Shown here: piece after piece, positions 18,706 through 26,533 of the stretch
How the letters are laid out: every line of letters begins with the position of its first letter
How positions within the stretch are numbered: position 1 is the first letter of the stretch
From: Candidatus Nanopelagicales bacterium
GTDB taxonomy: Bacteria; Actinomycetota; Actinomycetes; S36-B12; UBA5976
Assembly (NCBI GenBank): GCA_038124905.1
Contig: JAYPCW010000002.1
Location: 1-45,523, forward strand
Direction of reading: 5' to 3'
Length of the DNA: 45,523 nt
The notes under the pieces: model-generated
The model's database searches: none
What the model saw: the letters and a program-made list of their open reading frames with translations, nothing else
Told to the model about the DNA's origin: nothing
Position numbers and translations under genes: made by a program

Positions 18706-19250
18706 TCTTTTCTCTTCCCTTGAAATGGCTTTTATTTCTTGGCGGATTAGTTGGCTTTTGGGCTTCAATGGTTTTAACGGTCGACAAGATAAGAATTTTA
18801 GAAGATCCTGCATACATATCAAACTGCGACATAAATTCAATTTTTTCTTGTGGCGAAATCGTAAATACTGCTCAAGCTTCAATTTTTGGATTTCCTAATA
18901 CCTTAATTGGCATAGCAAGTTACAGCGTCTTAATAACGCTGGGAGTTCTCTTACTAGCTAAAGTTTCTTTGCCAATCTGGGTACTTAGGGGCGTGGTGCT
19001 GGGGTCTGGATTAGCAGTTATTTTTGTCAGCTACCTCGCCTATCAAAGCATTGTGGTAATTGGTGCACTCTGCGCCTATTGCATCGTCGCTTGGGGGATG
19101 ACTTTGCCGATATTTTCGCTAGCTAGTAGAGACTTAATGCGGCAAAGTGAAAGTTCCACTATTCAAGCAGCCGGTAATTTAATGGGATTGTTTTTAGTTG
19201 CTTGGGGCTTAGTGGTGCTTGTGCTTATTTATATCTTTTTAGTTGCTTAA
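18702..19250 (+). CDS. vitamin K epoxide reductase (VKOR) family membrane protein
   Basis: 182 aa, about 5 TM. Loop cysteine pair CDINSIFSC and active-site CAYC in a TM helix. ATGA overlap with the preceding gene. Confidence 0.8.
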   Translation: MIFSLPLKWLLFLGGLVGFWASMVLTVDKIRILEDPAYISNCDINSIFSCGEIVNTAQASIFGFPNTLIGIASYSVLITLGVLLLAKVSLPIWVLRGVVLGSGLAVIFVSYLAYQSIVVIGALCAYCIVAWGMTLPIFSLASRDLMRQSESSTIQAAGNLMGLFLVAWGLVVLVLIYIFLVA

Positions 19251-20957
19251 TTATTCAGGGTAAATCTCGCGAAACTTATGCAAAGCAATATCTGTTCCGA
19301 TAATGATTAGTCTGTCTGGTTTTTCTAAGACTGTTTTTAAGTCTGGAGCTGGAATCATCACACCATCTTTTATGATTGCCACCGGATTGACCCCGATCTC
19401 ATTGTGTAAATTCGCAAACCCAAGGGTTTTACCAAGTAACGCAGGAGGAATCTTGATGCGGATAACCGTTAAGCCATCTGCTAGTAAAACAGTGTCATTG
19501 GCGTGACTTCGATTCCAAATTGCCGTTGCGCCCGTTGCCGCATAAGAAAGTACTGCATCAGCTCCGGCTTTATAAAGCGTAGAGACATTTCGATCTAATC
19601 TAGCGCGCGAAATAATTTGAGCATCCGGGCGAAGTTTTCTGGCATAAATTGTTAGATAAACATTTACGTCATCATCATGAGTTGTGACAACGATACTATG
19701 CGCTTCTTTGATTCCGGCAGATTCTAAAACCTTTAATTCTGCAGCATTTCCTTGTACATACTTATCTGGATCTCTTACACGATCAGACTGTTGTTCGACA
19801 ATTCGATAATCGATCCCCATTTCCGCAAGAGATTTTCCAACTTGGCGTCCAACGCGACCGCCTCCAATGATTAAAACGAAGGATTTTTTTGGATTTTTTT
19901 CGGCAAAAACCTCGTCATATTTAGTAAGTTGTTCTCTAGTTCCAGCTAGGATCAAAATCGAATTTGCATCTAAGCGAATATTATCAGCAGCATTTACAAA
20001 AGTTCCGCGATTGAAAATACCAATAACATTTACGCCAGTTAAGGTTCTAATCTGCGTCTCTCGAATCGTTTTGTTCACCAAGCTGGTATTGCCAATTCCT
20101 ACTTCAGCGATTGCTAAATTCTTAAATTCACCCATAATTTGACACTTAGCATCGATACCAACGATTCGTTGTGCCATCATTTTGCCTAGCATCACACCTA
20201 ATTCAATTACTTGATCAGCTCCGGCAAATTCTAAAATATCTACAGAGGCACTATGCGATGCGAGTGAGACAATCGGCACGCTTTCAGATACTTCGCGAAC
20301 TGTGAAAATTACGTTGGCATTGGCAATATCGTTTCGGGTTGCAGCAAAAAGAGAAGCCTGGGGAACCCGCGCTGCCAGATAGGTTTTTGGATTATCTAGT
20401 TCGCCAACTATAACTTTGTATCCGGCATCATGAAGCCGAAGCGCCTCGTCGAGGTCGCCAACAATTAGCACATAGTCTAAGCCAGTTTCTTCAACTCTTC
20501 GAATTAGTGCATCTTCAATAGAGCCAGTGTTAATTAAAACTAAATGATTTTTGATTTTGTCACTGATAAAGCGAGGTGCTCTGGATATTCGACGGCGTTC
20601 CACAATAGGGATCACTATGTATTGAATCAAAACATAGGGCAGTAAAACTAAAAGAAAAGCAATGCCTGAAATAATTACAACGATAGAAAAGATCTTTCCG
20701 GTATCTGAAGTAAAAACGATGTCGCCGTAACCCAAAGTACTCATGGTGACTACCGCCCAATAAAAACTAGACACCAATGAGTAACTCTTACCCTCACTTT
20801 CCATGATGGTGTGAAAGACAAAAGAAAATACGGTGATGACACTAAAAAAAACAAGTAACAAATAGAAGAGTGCTCTGAATTTAATTGGTGCTGTTTCTAA
20901 TTCGCCTCTGATAAGGCGAGCCGGATCTTTCCGCCGTTGGTCAGACAATTGCCTCAC
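19251..20957 (-). CDS. 2-TM potassium channel with tandem RCK (TrkA-N/TrkA-C) domains
   Basis: 568 aa. Selectivity filter TLGYGD between two TM helices. Second RCK has the Rossmann motif IIGGGRVGRQVG. The first RCK (HLVLINTGSIEDAL) lacks a GxGxxG. Confidence 0.85.
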   Translation of the reverse strand: MRQLSDQRRKDPARLIRGELETAPIKFRALFYLLLVFFSVITVFSFVFHTIMESEGKSYSLVSSFYWAVVTMSTLGYGDIVFTSDTGKIFSIVVIISGIAFLLVLLPYVLIQYIVIPIVERRRISRAPRFISDKIKNHLVLINTGSIEDALIRRVEETGLDYVLIVGDLDEALRLHDAGYKVIVGELDNPKTYLAARVPQASLFAATRNDIANANVIFTVREVSESVPIVSLASHSASVDILEFAGADQVIELGVMLGKMMAQRIVGIDAKCQIMGEFKNLAIAEVGIGNTSLVNKTIRETQIRTLTGVNVIGIFNRGTFVNAADNIRLDANSILILAGTREQLTKYDEVFAEKNPKKSFVLIIGGGRVGRQVGKSLAEMGIDYRIVEQQSDRVRDPDKYVQGNAAELKVLESAGIKEAHSIVVTTHDDDVNVYLTIYARKLRPDAQIISRARLDRNVSTLYKAGADAVLSYAATGATAIWNRSHANDTVLLADGLTVIRIKIPPALLGKTLGFANLHNEIGVNPVAIIKDGVMIPAPDLKTVLEKPDRLIIIGTDIALHKFREIYPE

Positions 20958-21065
20958 ACTCTCGATATCTCTAAATTAGCACTTTGATATTAGGCGCTAA
21001 TCAGATGGTTATCTTTCTTCAAAACTGAGCTAAAGGCTATTTTTTCGCTTCTATGTTCAGCAAAG

Positions 21066-21149
21066 TGTCCGAGAGGGGACTTGAACCCCTACGCCCTTGC
21101 GGGCACTAGCCCCTCAAGCTAGCGCGTCTACCAATTCCGCCACTCGGAC
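21066..21149 (-). tRNA. tRNA-Leu (anticodon GAG), class II with long variable arm, CCA not encoded
   Basis: Reverse complement folds as a cloverleaf. Acceptor GTCCGAG/CTCGGAC plus discriminator A. D arm GCG-GAATTGGTAGA-CGC. Anticodon stem CTAGC/GCTAG with loop TTGAGGG (anticodon GAG). Variable arm GCCC-GCAA-GGGC. T arm AGGGG-TTCAAGT-CCCCT. Confidence 0.95.
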
Positions 21150-21173
21150 CCAAAATCAAACTTTACTAACGAG

Positions 21174-22508
21174 GTGTCGATTGTGCCCCTGCTGGTAAGT
21201 CGGCAAGATGGGTATATGGAAGAAAACGTAATAAAAATCTGCCGCGAATTAATACAAATTGATTCTCGCAATTGGGGGTTAGGAAAATCTAGCGGTGAAT
21301 CCGATATTGCCCAGTATGTAATAAATAAGTTGCAGGAAATCGGTCTAAACCCGATTTCGGTTGGGCCAGATAGTAAGCGAACTTCGGTGCTATGTGAGCT
21401 AAAAGGCTCTGACGAGAATTTAGCTAAGGTTTTGATACACGCGCATTTAGACGTAGTTCCATTTGATGAAGCAGATTGGAGCTTTCATCCCTTAAGCGCT
21501 GAAATAGCTAACGACACAATATATGGCCGTGGGGCAGTAGATATGAAGAACGGTGTTGCCATGATATTGGCAACCCTCGAAGAACTTTTAAAAAATAATT
21601 TTCAACCAAGAGCAACACTCCTATTCGCTTTTTTTGCCGATGAAGAAGCCGGAGGAATTTTGGGCTCTCATTGGGTTGTCGATCATCACAAGGATTTTTT
21701 TCATGGCGCTAAGTACGCTGTCGGCGAAGTAGGTGGTTTTAGCACTTCTTTGGCAGACGGAATCAGGATGTACTTAATAGAGACCGCACAAAAAGGAATC
21801 GCTTGGATGGAGTTAAACGCCAAAGGCTCAGCAGGTCATGGAAGCATGATAAATAGCGATAACGCAGTTAGTGAAGTTGCCGCAGCGGTAAATCGAATTG
21901 CTAATCATAAGTTTCCTCTTACTCTTCATGAGAGCGTTCTTGAATTATTGAGAGAAACAGCTGAAATTACTGGAACACATCTTGATGTAAATGACCCTGA
22001 GGCAACGGCGAATTTACTTCAAGGATTAGAGAAAATTGTCAAAGCCACTCTAAGAGATACCGCCAATCCCACCATGTTGAATGCTGGCTACAAAGCGAAC
22101 GTAATTCCAGGATTCGCCCAAGCGGTCATCGATGGAAGGTTTCTGCCAGGCAATCAAGAGAGTTTTTTGCAAACTATCAAAGATTTAGCAGGGGAAAAGA
22201 TTGATGTGAAATATCAAAATTTAGATGTGGCGCTAAGTGCACCTTTTGAAGATCCCTTGGTAGGCAAGATGGTTGAAGCAATTTCGGTAGAAGATCCAGC
22301 CGCACGAGTTGTTCCCTACATGCTCTCGGGAGGGACAGATGCAAAAGCTCTTTCTAAATTAAATATCACCGGTTATGGTTTTATGCCGCTACAGCTTCCC
22401 AGCGATTTAGATTTTGCCAGCCTATTTCATGGCGTGGATGAAAGAATTCCAATAAGTTCTCTTCAGTTTGGAGTAAGAACCTTTAAGCGGTTCTTGATGA
22501 GTCTGTAA
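21174..22508 (+). CDS. M20 family metallopeptidase (dipeptidase/DapE-like)
   Basis: HAHLDVVP, GRGAVDMKNG, ADEEAGG and the dimerisation-domain layout are typical of M20. The likely real start is ATG 21216 (MEENVIKICRELIQIDS). Confidence 0.8.
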   Translation: MSIVPLLVSRQDGYMEENVIKICRELIQIDSRNWGLGKSSGESDIAQYVINKLQEIGLNPISVGPDSKRTSVLCELKGSDENLAKVLIHAHLDVVPFDEADWSFHPLSAEIANDTIYGRGAVDMKNGVAMILATLEELLKNNFQPRATLLFAFFADEEAGGILGSHWVVDHHKDFFHGAKYAVGEVGGFSTSLADGIRMYLIETAQKGIAWMELNAKGSAGHGSMINSDNAVSEVAAAVNRIANHKFPLTLHESVLELLRETAEITGTHLDVNDPEATANLLQGLEKIVKATLRDTANPTMLNAGYKANVIPGFAQAVIDGRFLPGNQESFLQTIKDLAGEKIDVKYQNLDVALSAPFEDPLVGKMVEAISVEDPAARVVPYMLSGGTDAKALSKLNITGYGFMPLQLPSDLDFASLFHGVDERIPISSLQFGVRTFKRFLMSL

Positions 22509-22701
22509 AAAAAATTGATGGTGCAATCTTTAGGACTCTTCTTTTGACCCATACTCGTTTTAGTCCATTAGGGTAAATCCGCGTTCGATGCAGTTCCCAG
22601 TTTCCATACTCAGCTAAATCTGTAAGGGTTTCTCTGGTGTTTTGAATGTTTGAGCGAAAGCCAAAAGTTATTTCTCTGATTTCCCAATGACTTTTTTTCA
22701 A
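22483..22701 (-). CDS. DUF5703-like small protein
   Basis: 72 aa. WEIREITF...TRETLTDLAEYGNWELHRTRIYPNGLKRVWVKRRV matches the actinobacterial DUF5703 pattern as I remember it. TTGA overlap with the upstream reductase. Confidence 0.6.
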   Translation of the reverse strand: MKKSHWEIREITFGFRSNIQNTRETLTDLAEYGNWELHRTRIYPNGLKRVWVKRRVLKIAPSIFFTDSSRTA

Positions 22702-23600
22702 TCGAAATCACCTACCTCATCTAACGCTAACAGCAATTCCTCTGGCAAAGACAATTTAAGCGATTGAAAAATTTGATTTAGTTGTGCAGTGTTTCGCGCA
22801 TTTATCACACTCGCGGAAACTGCGGGGTTTTGCAAAACCCAAGCCATGGCAACTTCTGTTGGGCTGACTCCGATACCGCTAGCTGCGGTGCTGACTGCTT
22901 CTACCTTAGAGGCATTAATTGTGGTCAATAATTTCTCTAAAGCGCTATCGCCTCTAGCCAATAAAGAGTCGGAGGGAGTATTGAAACGATATTTACCAGT
23001 AAGCAGGCCCATTGCCAGGGGTTTGGTTGCCACGAGCGAACAGTTCAAGTAGTTACACGCCTTTAATTCTTCTTTGTTTAGTTCTCTTTGTAAAAGTGAC
23101 CAATTAGTTTTTAAGCCAGCTAAATTAATTTTTTCAGTGCGCAATCTCTCGCGCAAAATGGCAACCTGCCAAAAGGCGGTATGGTGTAGACCAAAATAAT
23201 GTAATTTTTCTGAATTTAAATTTTGTTTCATAAAGCGAACGATTTCGTCAATGGATAAATGATAAATATCGAAATTCGTCCAAACAATATCAAAGTGATC
23301 TAGATTTGCCTGCGACAAAGCGTTATTCAGTGTGGACTGTGCTTGAGCGGAGTTCCTAAATGAAGGCAAATTAAAATAGACCTGAAAGCTATCTCGCGTC
23401 GTCAATTCTGGTAACAATTCACCAGCGATGGCTAGTGCCTTCGGGTTATCGGTTAGCTCTAACGCAAAACCGCCAGTTTCTAGGTAAGTCCTAACTTGAC
23501 TTCTTGCCTCTGGCAGATCAACCAACTCACCCCAGTTTCGGGTACCCAAGATCAACTTAGGAACCGGGTAATTAATCTGCGTTAAAATACCGCTTTGCAT
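22698..23600 (-). CDS. aldo/keto reductase family protein
   Basis: 300 aa TIM-barrel-like AKR layout (LILGTRNWG..., PLAMGLLTGKY, AMAWVLQNPAVSASVINARNTAQL). I did not confirm the catalytic tetrad by eye. Confidence 0.6.
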   Translation of the reverse strand: MQSGILTQINYPVPKLILGTRNWGELVDLPEARSQVRTYLETGGFALELTDNPKALAIAGELLPELTTRDSFQVYFNLPSFRNSAQAQSTLNNALSQANLDHFDIVWTNFDIYHLSIDEIVRFMKQNLNSEKLHYFGLHHTAFWQVAILRERLRTEKINLAGLKTNWSLLQRELNKEELKACNYLNCSLVATKPLAMGLLTGKYRFNTPSDSLLARGDSALEKLLTTINASKVEAVSTAASGIGVSPTEVAMAWVLQNPAVSASVINARNTAQLNQIFQSLKLSLPEELLLALDEVGDFD

Positions 23601-23670
23601 GCTTTGAGGCTATTAGAAAATCTTGGGTCTAGGCTTTAAGCCCGAGCGTGTTTTGTAGAGATAGGCAAAA

Positions 23671-24492
23671 TTGGATTATTTGATAGCCATCGTGCTGGGT
23701 ATTGTGCAAGGCGCTACAGAATTTTTACCAATTTCTTCAAGCGCCCATCTTCGATTTGTGCCACAGCTATTGGGTAGTTCTGACCCAGGAGCGTCTTTCA
23801 CCGCAATCATTCAACTAGGAACGATTGTTGCGGTATTGCTTTTTTTCTATAAAGACTTGGTAAAAATACTTCTAGCCGGCTGGAAGTCACTAAGAGGTCT
23901 GGCGCCTTGGTCTGAACCTGATTCAAAAATGTTTTTAGGTATAGCTTTGGGAACGTTACCAATTATATTCCTAGGGCTCATTCTTCAAGATGTAATTAGA
24001 ACTGCATTTAGAAATCTATATCTAATTGCGTTTCTTTTGATATTTTTTGGAATCTTAATTTGGTTAATTGATAAATATCAACCAAAGATCAAAAAAGGCC
24101 ATGATCTTAAATATTCTCAAATGCTATTAATAGGTTTTGCTCAGGCGCTAGCCTTAGTGCCGGGCGTGAGTAGGTCAGGCGCCACAATTGCCGCAGCAAG
24201 GCTTTTTAAACTAGAAAGAAAAGAAGCCGCAAGATTTTCATTTCTACTTTCAGTTCCGGCAATAATCGCCAGTGGTCTTTATGAATCTTTAAACATTTCG
24301 AGTAACAATCCTGCAGGCTGGGGCCCCACGCTGGTAGCCGCTGTTGTTTCGTTTTTGGTGGGTTACGCCTCAATTGCTTGGCTACTTAAATGGCTAGCAA
24401 GTAATTCGCTAGGAATTTTTGCAATATATCGAGCGATTGTGGGGGTAGGCCTGTTGATTGCATTAAGTGCGGGATTCTTGAGCCCCTTTTAG
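23671..24492 (+). CDS. uppP: undecaprenyl-diphosphate phosphatase
   Basis: 273 aa polytopic protein. EFLPISSSAHL and PGVSRSGATI motifs of BacA/UppP. TTG start. Confidence 0.9.
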   Translation: MDYLIAIVLGIVQGATEFLPISSSAHLRFVPQLLGSSDPGASFTAIIQLGTIVAVLLFFYKDLVKILLAGWKSLRGLAPWSEPDSKMFLGIALGTLPIIFLGLILQDVIRTAFRNLYLIAFLLIFFGILIWLIDKYQPKIKKGHDLKYSQMLLIGFAQALALVPGVSRSGATIAAARLFKLERKEAARFSFLLSVPAIIASGLYESLNISSNNPAGWGPTLVAAVVSFLVGYASIAWLLKWLASNSLGIFAIYRAIVGVGLLIALSAGFLSPF

Positions 24493-24501
24493 AATGTAAA
24501 A

Positions 24502-25173
24502 ATGACAACTGTTTTCTTAGTAAGGCACGGAAGATCAACCGCTAATCAAAAGGGATTGCTTGCCGGTCGAGCAGCAAATGTTGAGCTTGATGCAACGGGC
24601 CTTAAGCAGGCAGCGGCTTTGGGTGAATTTTTTTCAGAGGTAGCAATCGATAAATTAATTTCTAGTCCCTTAGAAAGATGTGTAACAACTGCTCGTGAAA
24701 TAAAAAATCAGCAGCCTAAATCCTTAAAACTACAAATTTCTCAAAAATTTATTGAATGTGACTATGGAGCATGGACCAATAAGAAATTAGTCCATTTGGC
24801 CAAAAAGCCACTTTGGAAGACCATTCAAACCAACCCTAGTTTGGTCACCTTCCCGGATGGGGAAGCAATGAATCAAATGTCACTTCGTGCAATCAATGGA
24901 CTTTTGGCTGCAGTCAAGGGAGTCGATAACCCAAAGGCCAAGATACTAATTGTTACCCACGCCGATCTAATAAAAGCCTTGATAGCGAACGCGCTGGGTG
25001 TTCACTTAGACAACTTTCAAAAAATCGTGGTTGATCCCGCCTCTGTCTCAACTTTAAATTTCGAAAAAGATAATTTCTTCGTTGCGGGCGTAAATGAGAA
25101 ATATCATCTAAAAAACATTCAAGCTAAGAGCAAAGCTCCAGCTGGGGCCGTCCTTGGCGGAGGTGCTGGTTAA
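24502..25173 (+). CDS. histidine phosphatase family protein (MSMEG_4193-type putative phosphomutase)
   Basis: RHG motif (FLVRHGRSTAN) and second catalytic His (VTHADLIKAL). Position upstream of the DUF3090/SCO1664-family pair. Confidence 0.75.
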   Translation: MTTVFLVRHGRSTANQKGLLAGRAANVELDATGLKQAAALGEFFSEVAIDKLISSPLERCVTTAREIKNQQPKSLKLQISQKFIECDYGAWTNKKLVHLAKKPLWKTIQTNPSLVTFPDGEAMNQMSLRAINGLLAAVKGVDNPKAKILIVTHADLIKALIANALGVHLDNFQKIVVDPASVSTLNFEKDNFFVAGVNEKYHLKNIQAKSKAPAGAVLGGGAG

Positions 25174-25733
25174 TGAATCGACAGATCGTTACCTTTGAAA
25201 ATCCAGAGCGGTTCATCGTTGGAACAGTGGGTCAGCCGGGTGAGAGAATTTTTTATCTACAAGTTAAGAGTCAAATGTCGGTCTTCTCTGTAGCTTTGGA
25301 AAAAACTCAAGTTTCTTTGCTTTGTGAAAGATTAGATGCGTTATTAGACCAAATCAAGCAAAGTGATCTAGGAGCTACGGTCGAAATTCCTGATACTTGG
25401 CAGCAAGCTGAAATTGATTTATTGCCATTGGAAACACCGGTAAACGAAGAGTTCAGAGTTGGAACAATTGCAATTGGTTTCAATAGCAATAAAGGGCTGG
25501 TCACCATAGAAGCGCATCAAGATAATGGTTCCAGAGATGTTCCCGACCTTGAAGCAGATGATTTAGACGGCCCCAATCTTTTGCGAGTGAGAGTTTCGCC
25601 CAGTTATGCTCGAAACTTTGCAGAAAGAGGTAGAAGATTGGTTGCAGCAGGTAGGCCTCCCTGTCCCTTTTGTCAATTGCCACTAGATCCTTTTGGTCAC
25701 ATCTGCCCCCGTGCTAACGGTTATAGAAGATGA
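25173..25733 (+). CDS. DUF3090 family protein with C-terminal Cys2-His-Cys motif
   Basis: 186 aa. FIVGTVGQPGERIFYLQ N-terminus. C-terminal CPFC-x8-H-x-C (residues 164-178, nt 25662-25706). TAATG overlap upstream and ATGA overlap downstream. Confidence 0.7.
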   Translation: MNRQIVTFENPERFIVGTVGQPGERIFYLQVKSQMSVFSVALEKTQVSLLCERLDALLDQIKQSDLGATVEIPDTWQQAEIDLLPLETPVNEEFRVGTIAIGFNSNKGLVTIEAHQDNGSRDVPDLEADDLDGPNLLRVRVSPSYARNFAERGRRLVAAGRPPCPFCQLPLDPFGHICPRANGYRR

Positions 25734-26515
25734 ATTTTTTAGAGGTCGAATCTGCTTTAGCTGAAAATGAATTTGAAGCAGTTGGACGGATAACCACCGC
25801 ATCAAATGGTGCCTTGTTGCTGGATAGCAAGGATGAGAAAAATGCTATTCGTGCCATTTTCAAACCAAAAATTGGCATTCGTCAACTTTGGGATTTTCCG
25901 AACGATGATTTAATCGAAAGAGAGTTGGCATCGTATCTTTTAAGTAAGGCTAGCGGGGCTAATCTGATACCGCCAACGATTGCAAGAGAGATAGCTCCCT
26001 ATGGTGAAGGAACAGTTCAGTACTGGATCGAAGCGGCAAGAATTGAGGCAGTAAAAATCTTTAGCCCTACCGCAATTGAAAGTGGCTTTACTGAAGTATT
26101 GCAGGCTAATGATGCCTCGGGTGAATTAGTTTCGGTAGCTACTTTAGATAGCGATTGGTTGAGTTTCTTAGTGCTTTTCGATTCAGTGATAAACAACGCA
26201 GATCGAAAGGGCTCGCACATCTTGACCGATGAAAAGAAAAGGATGTGGGCAATCGATCATGGAGTCACCTGGCACCGCGAAGATAAATTGAGAACTATTC
26301 TTTGGGCAAACGCGGCAGAGAAATTAAACGATGCTCAGATTGATTTTTTAAACTCGCTAGAGAGTGCGCTTGAAAGTGAATTTGAGACCTTTGAGAAATT
26401 GTTATCACCGGAAGAGGTAACAAGTGCCTTTTTGCGACTTGAAAAGATAAAGGAGACAGGATTATTTCCCGTGCCTTCTCAAAAATGGCCTGCGATACCT
26501 TGGCCAATATTTTAA
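25730..26515 (+). CDS. SCO1664 family protein (PI3/PI4-kinase-like fold, uncharacterised)
   Basis: 261 aa. Catalytic-loop-like NNADRKGSHIL followed by WAIDHGV (DFG-equivalent). AIFKP Lys region near the N-terminus. Confidence 0.7.
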   Translation: MNFLEVESALAENEFEAVGRITTASNGALLLDSKDEKNAIRAIFKPKIGIRQLWDFPNDDLIERELASYLLSKASGANLIPPTIAREIAPYGEGTVQYWIEAARIEAVKIFSPTAIESGFTEVLQANDASGELVSVATLDSDWLSFLVLFDSVINNADRKGSHILTDEKKRMWAIDHGVTWHREDKLRTILWANAAEKLNDAQIDFLNSLESALESEFETFEKLLSPEEVTSAFLRLEKIKETGLFPVPSQKWPAIPWPIF

Positions 26516-26533
26516 GACAATTAGAATTTAATC

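Noticed and set aside
19881-19900. Tandem GGATTTTTTT x2, giving two A7/T7 tracts inside the K+ channel gene. Considered as a possible slippage or phase-variation site.
   Set aside because: There are only two copies in an AT-rich genome. The frame is intact and it encodes a plausible linker (EKNPKKSF). Nothing else suggests contingency behaviour.
20958-21065. 108-nt gap between tRNA-Leu and the K+ channel start. Considered for a riboswitch (for example a c-di-AMP/ydaO type) or a small RNA.
   Set aside because: It is too short for a ydaO-type element, and I see no extended conserved-looking helices. It is more simply the channel promoter and 5' UTR.
21066-21149. tRNA-Leu as an integration hotspot for a genomic island.
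   Set aside because: There is no integrase, excisionase or phage gene nearby, and I could not spot a repeat of the tRNA 3' end by eye. A computational repeat search is still needed, so this is kept only as context in the synteny finding.
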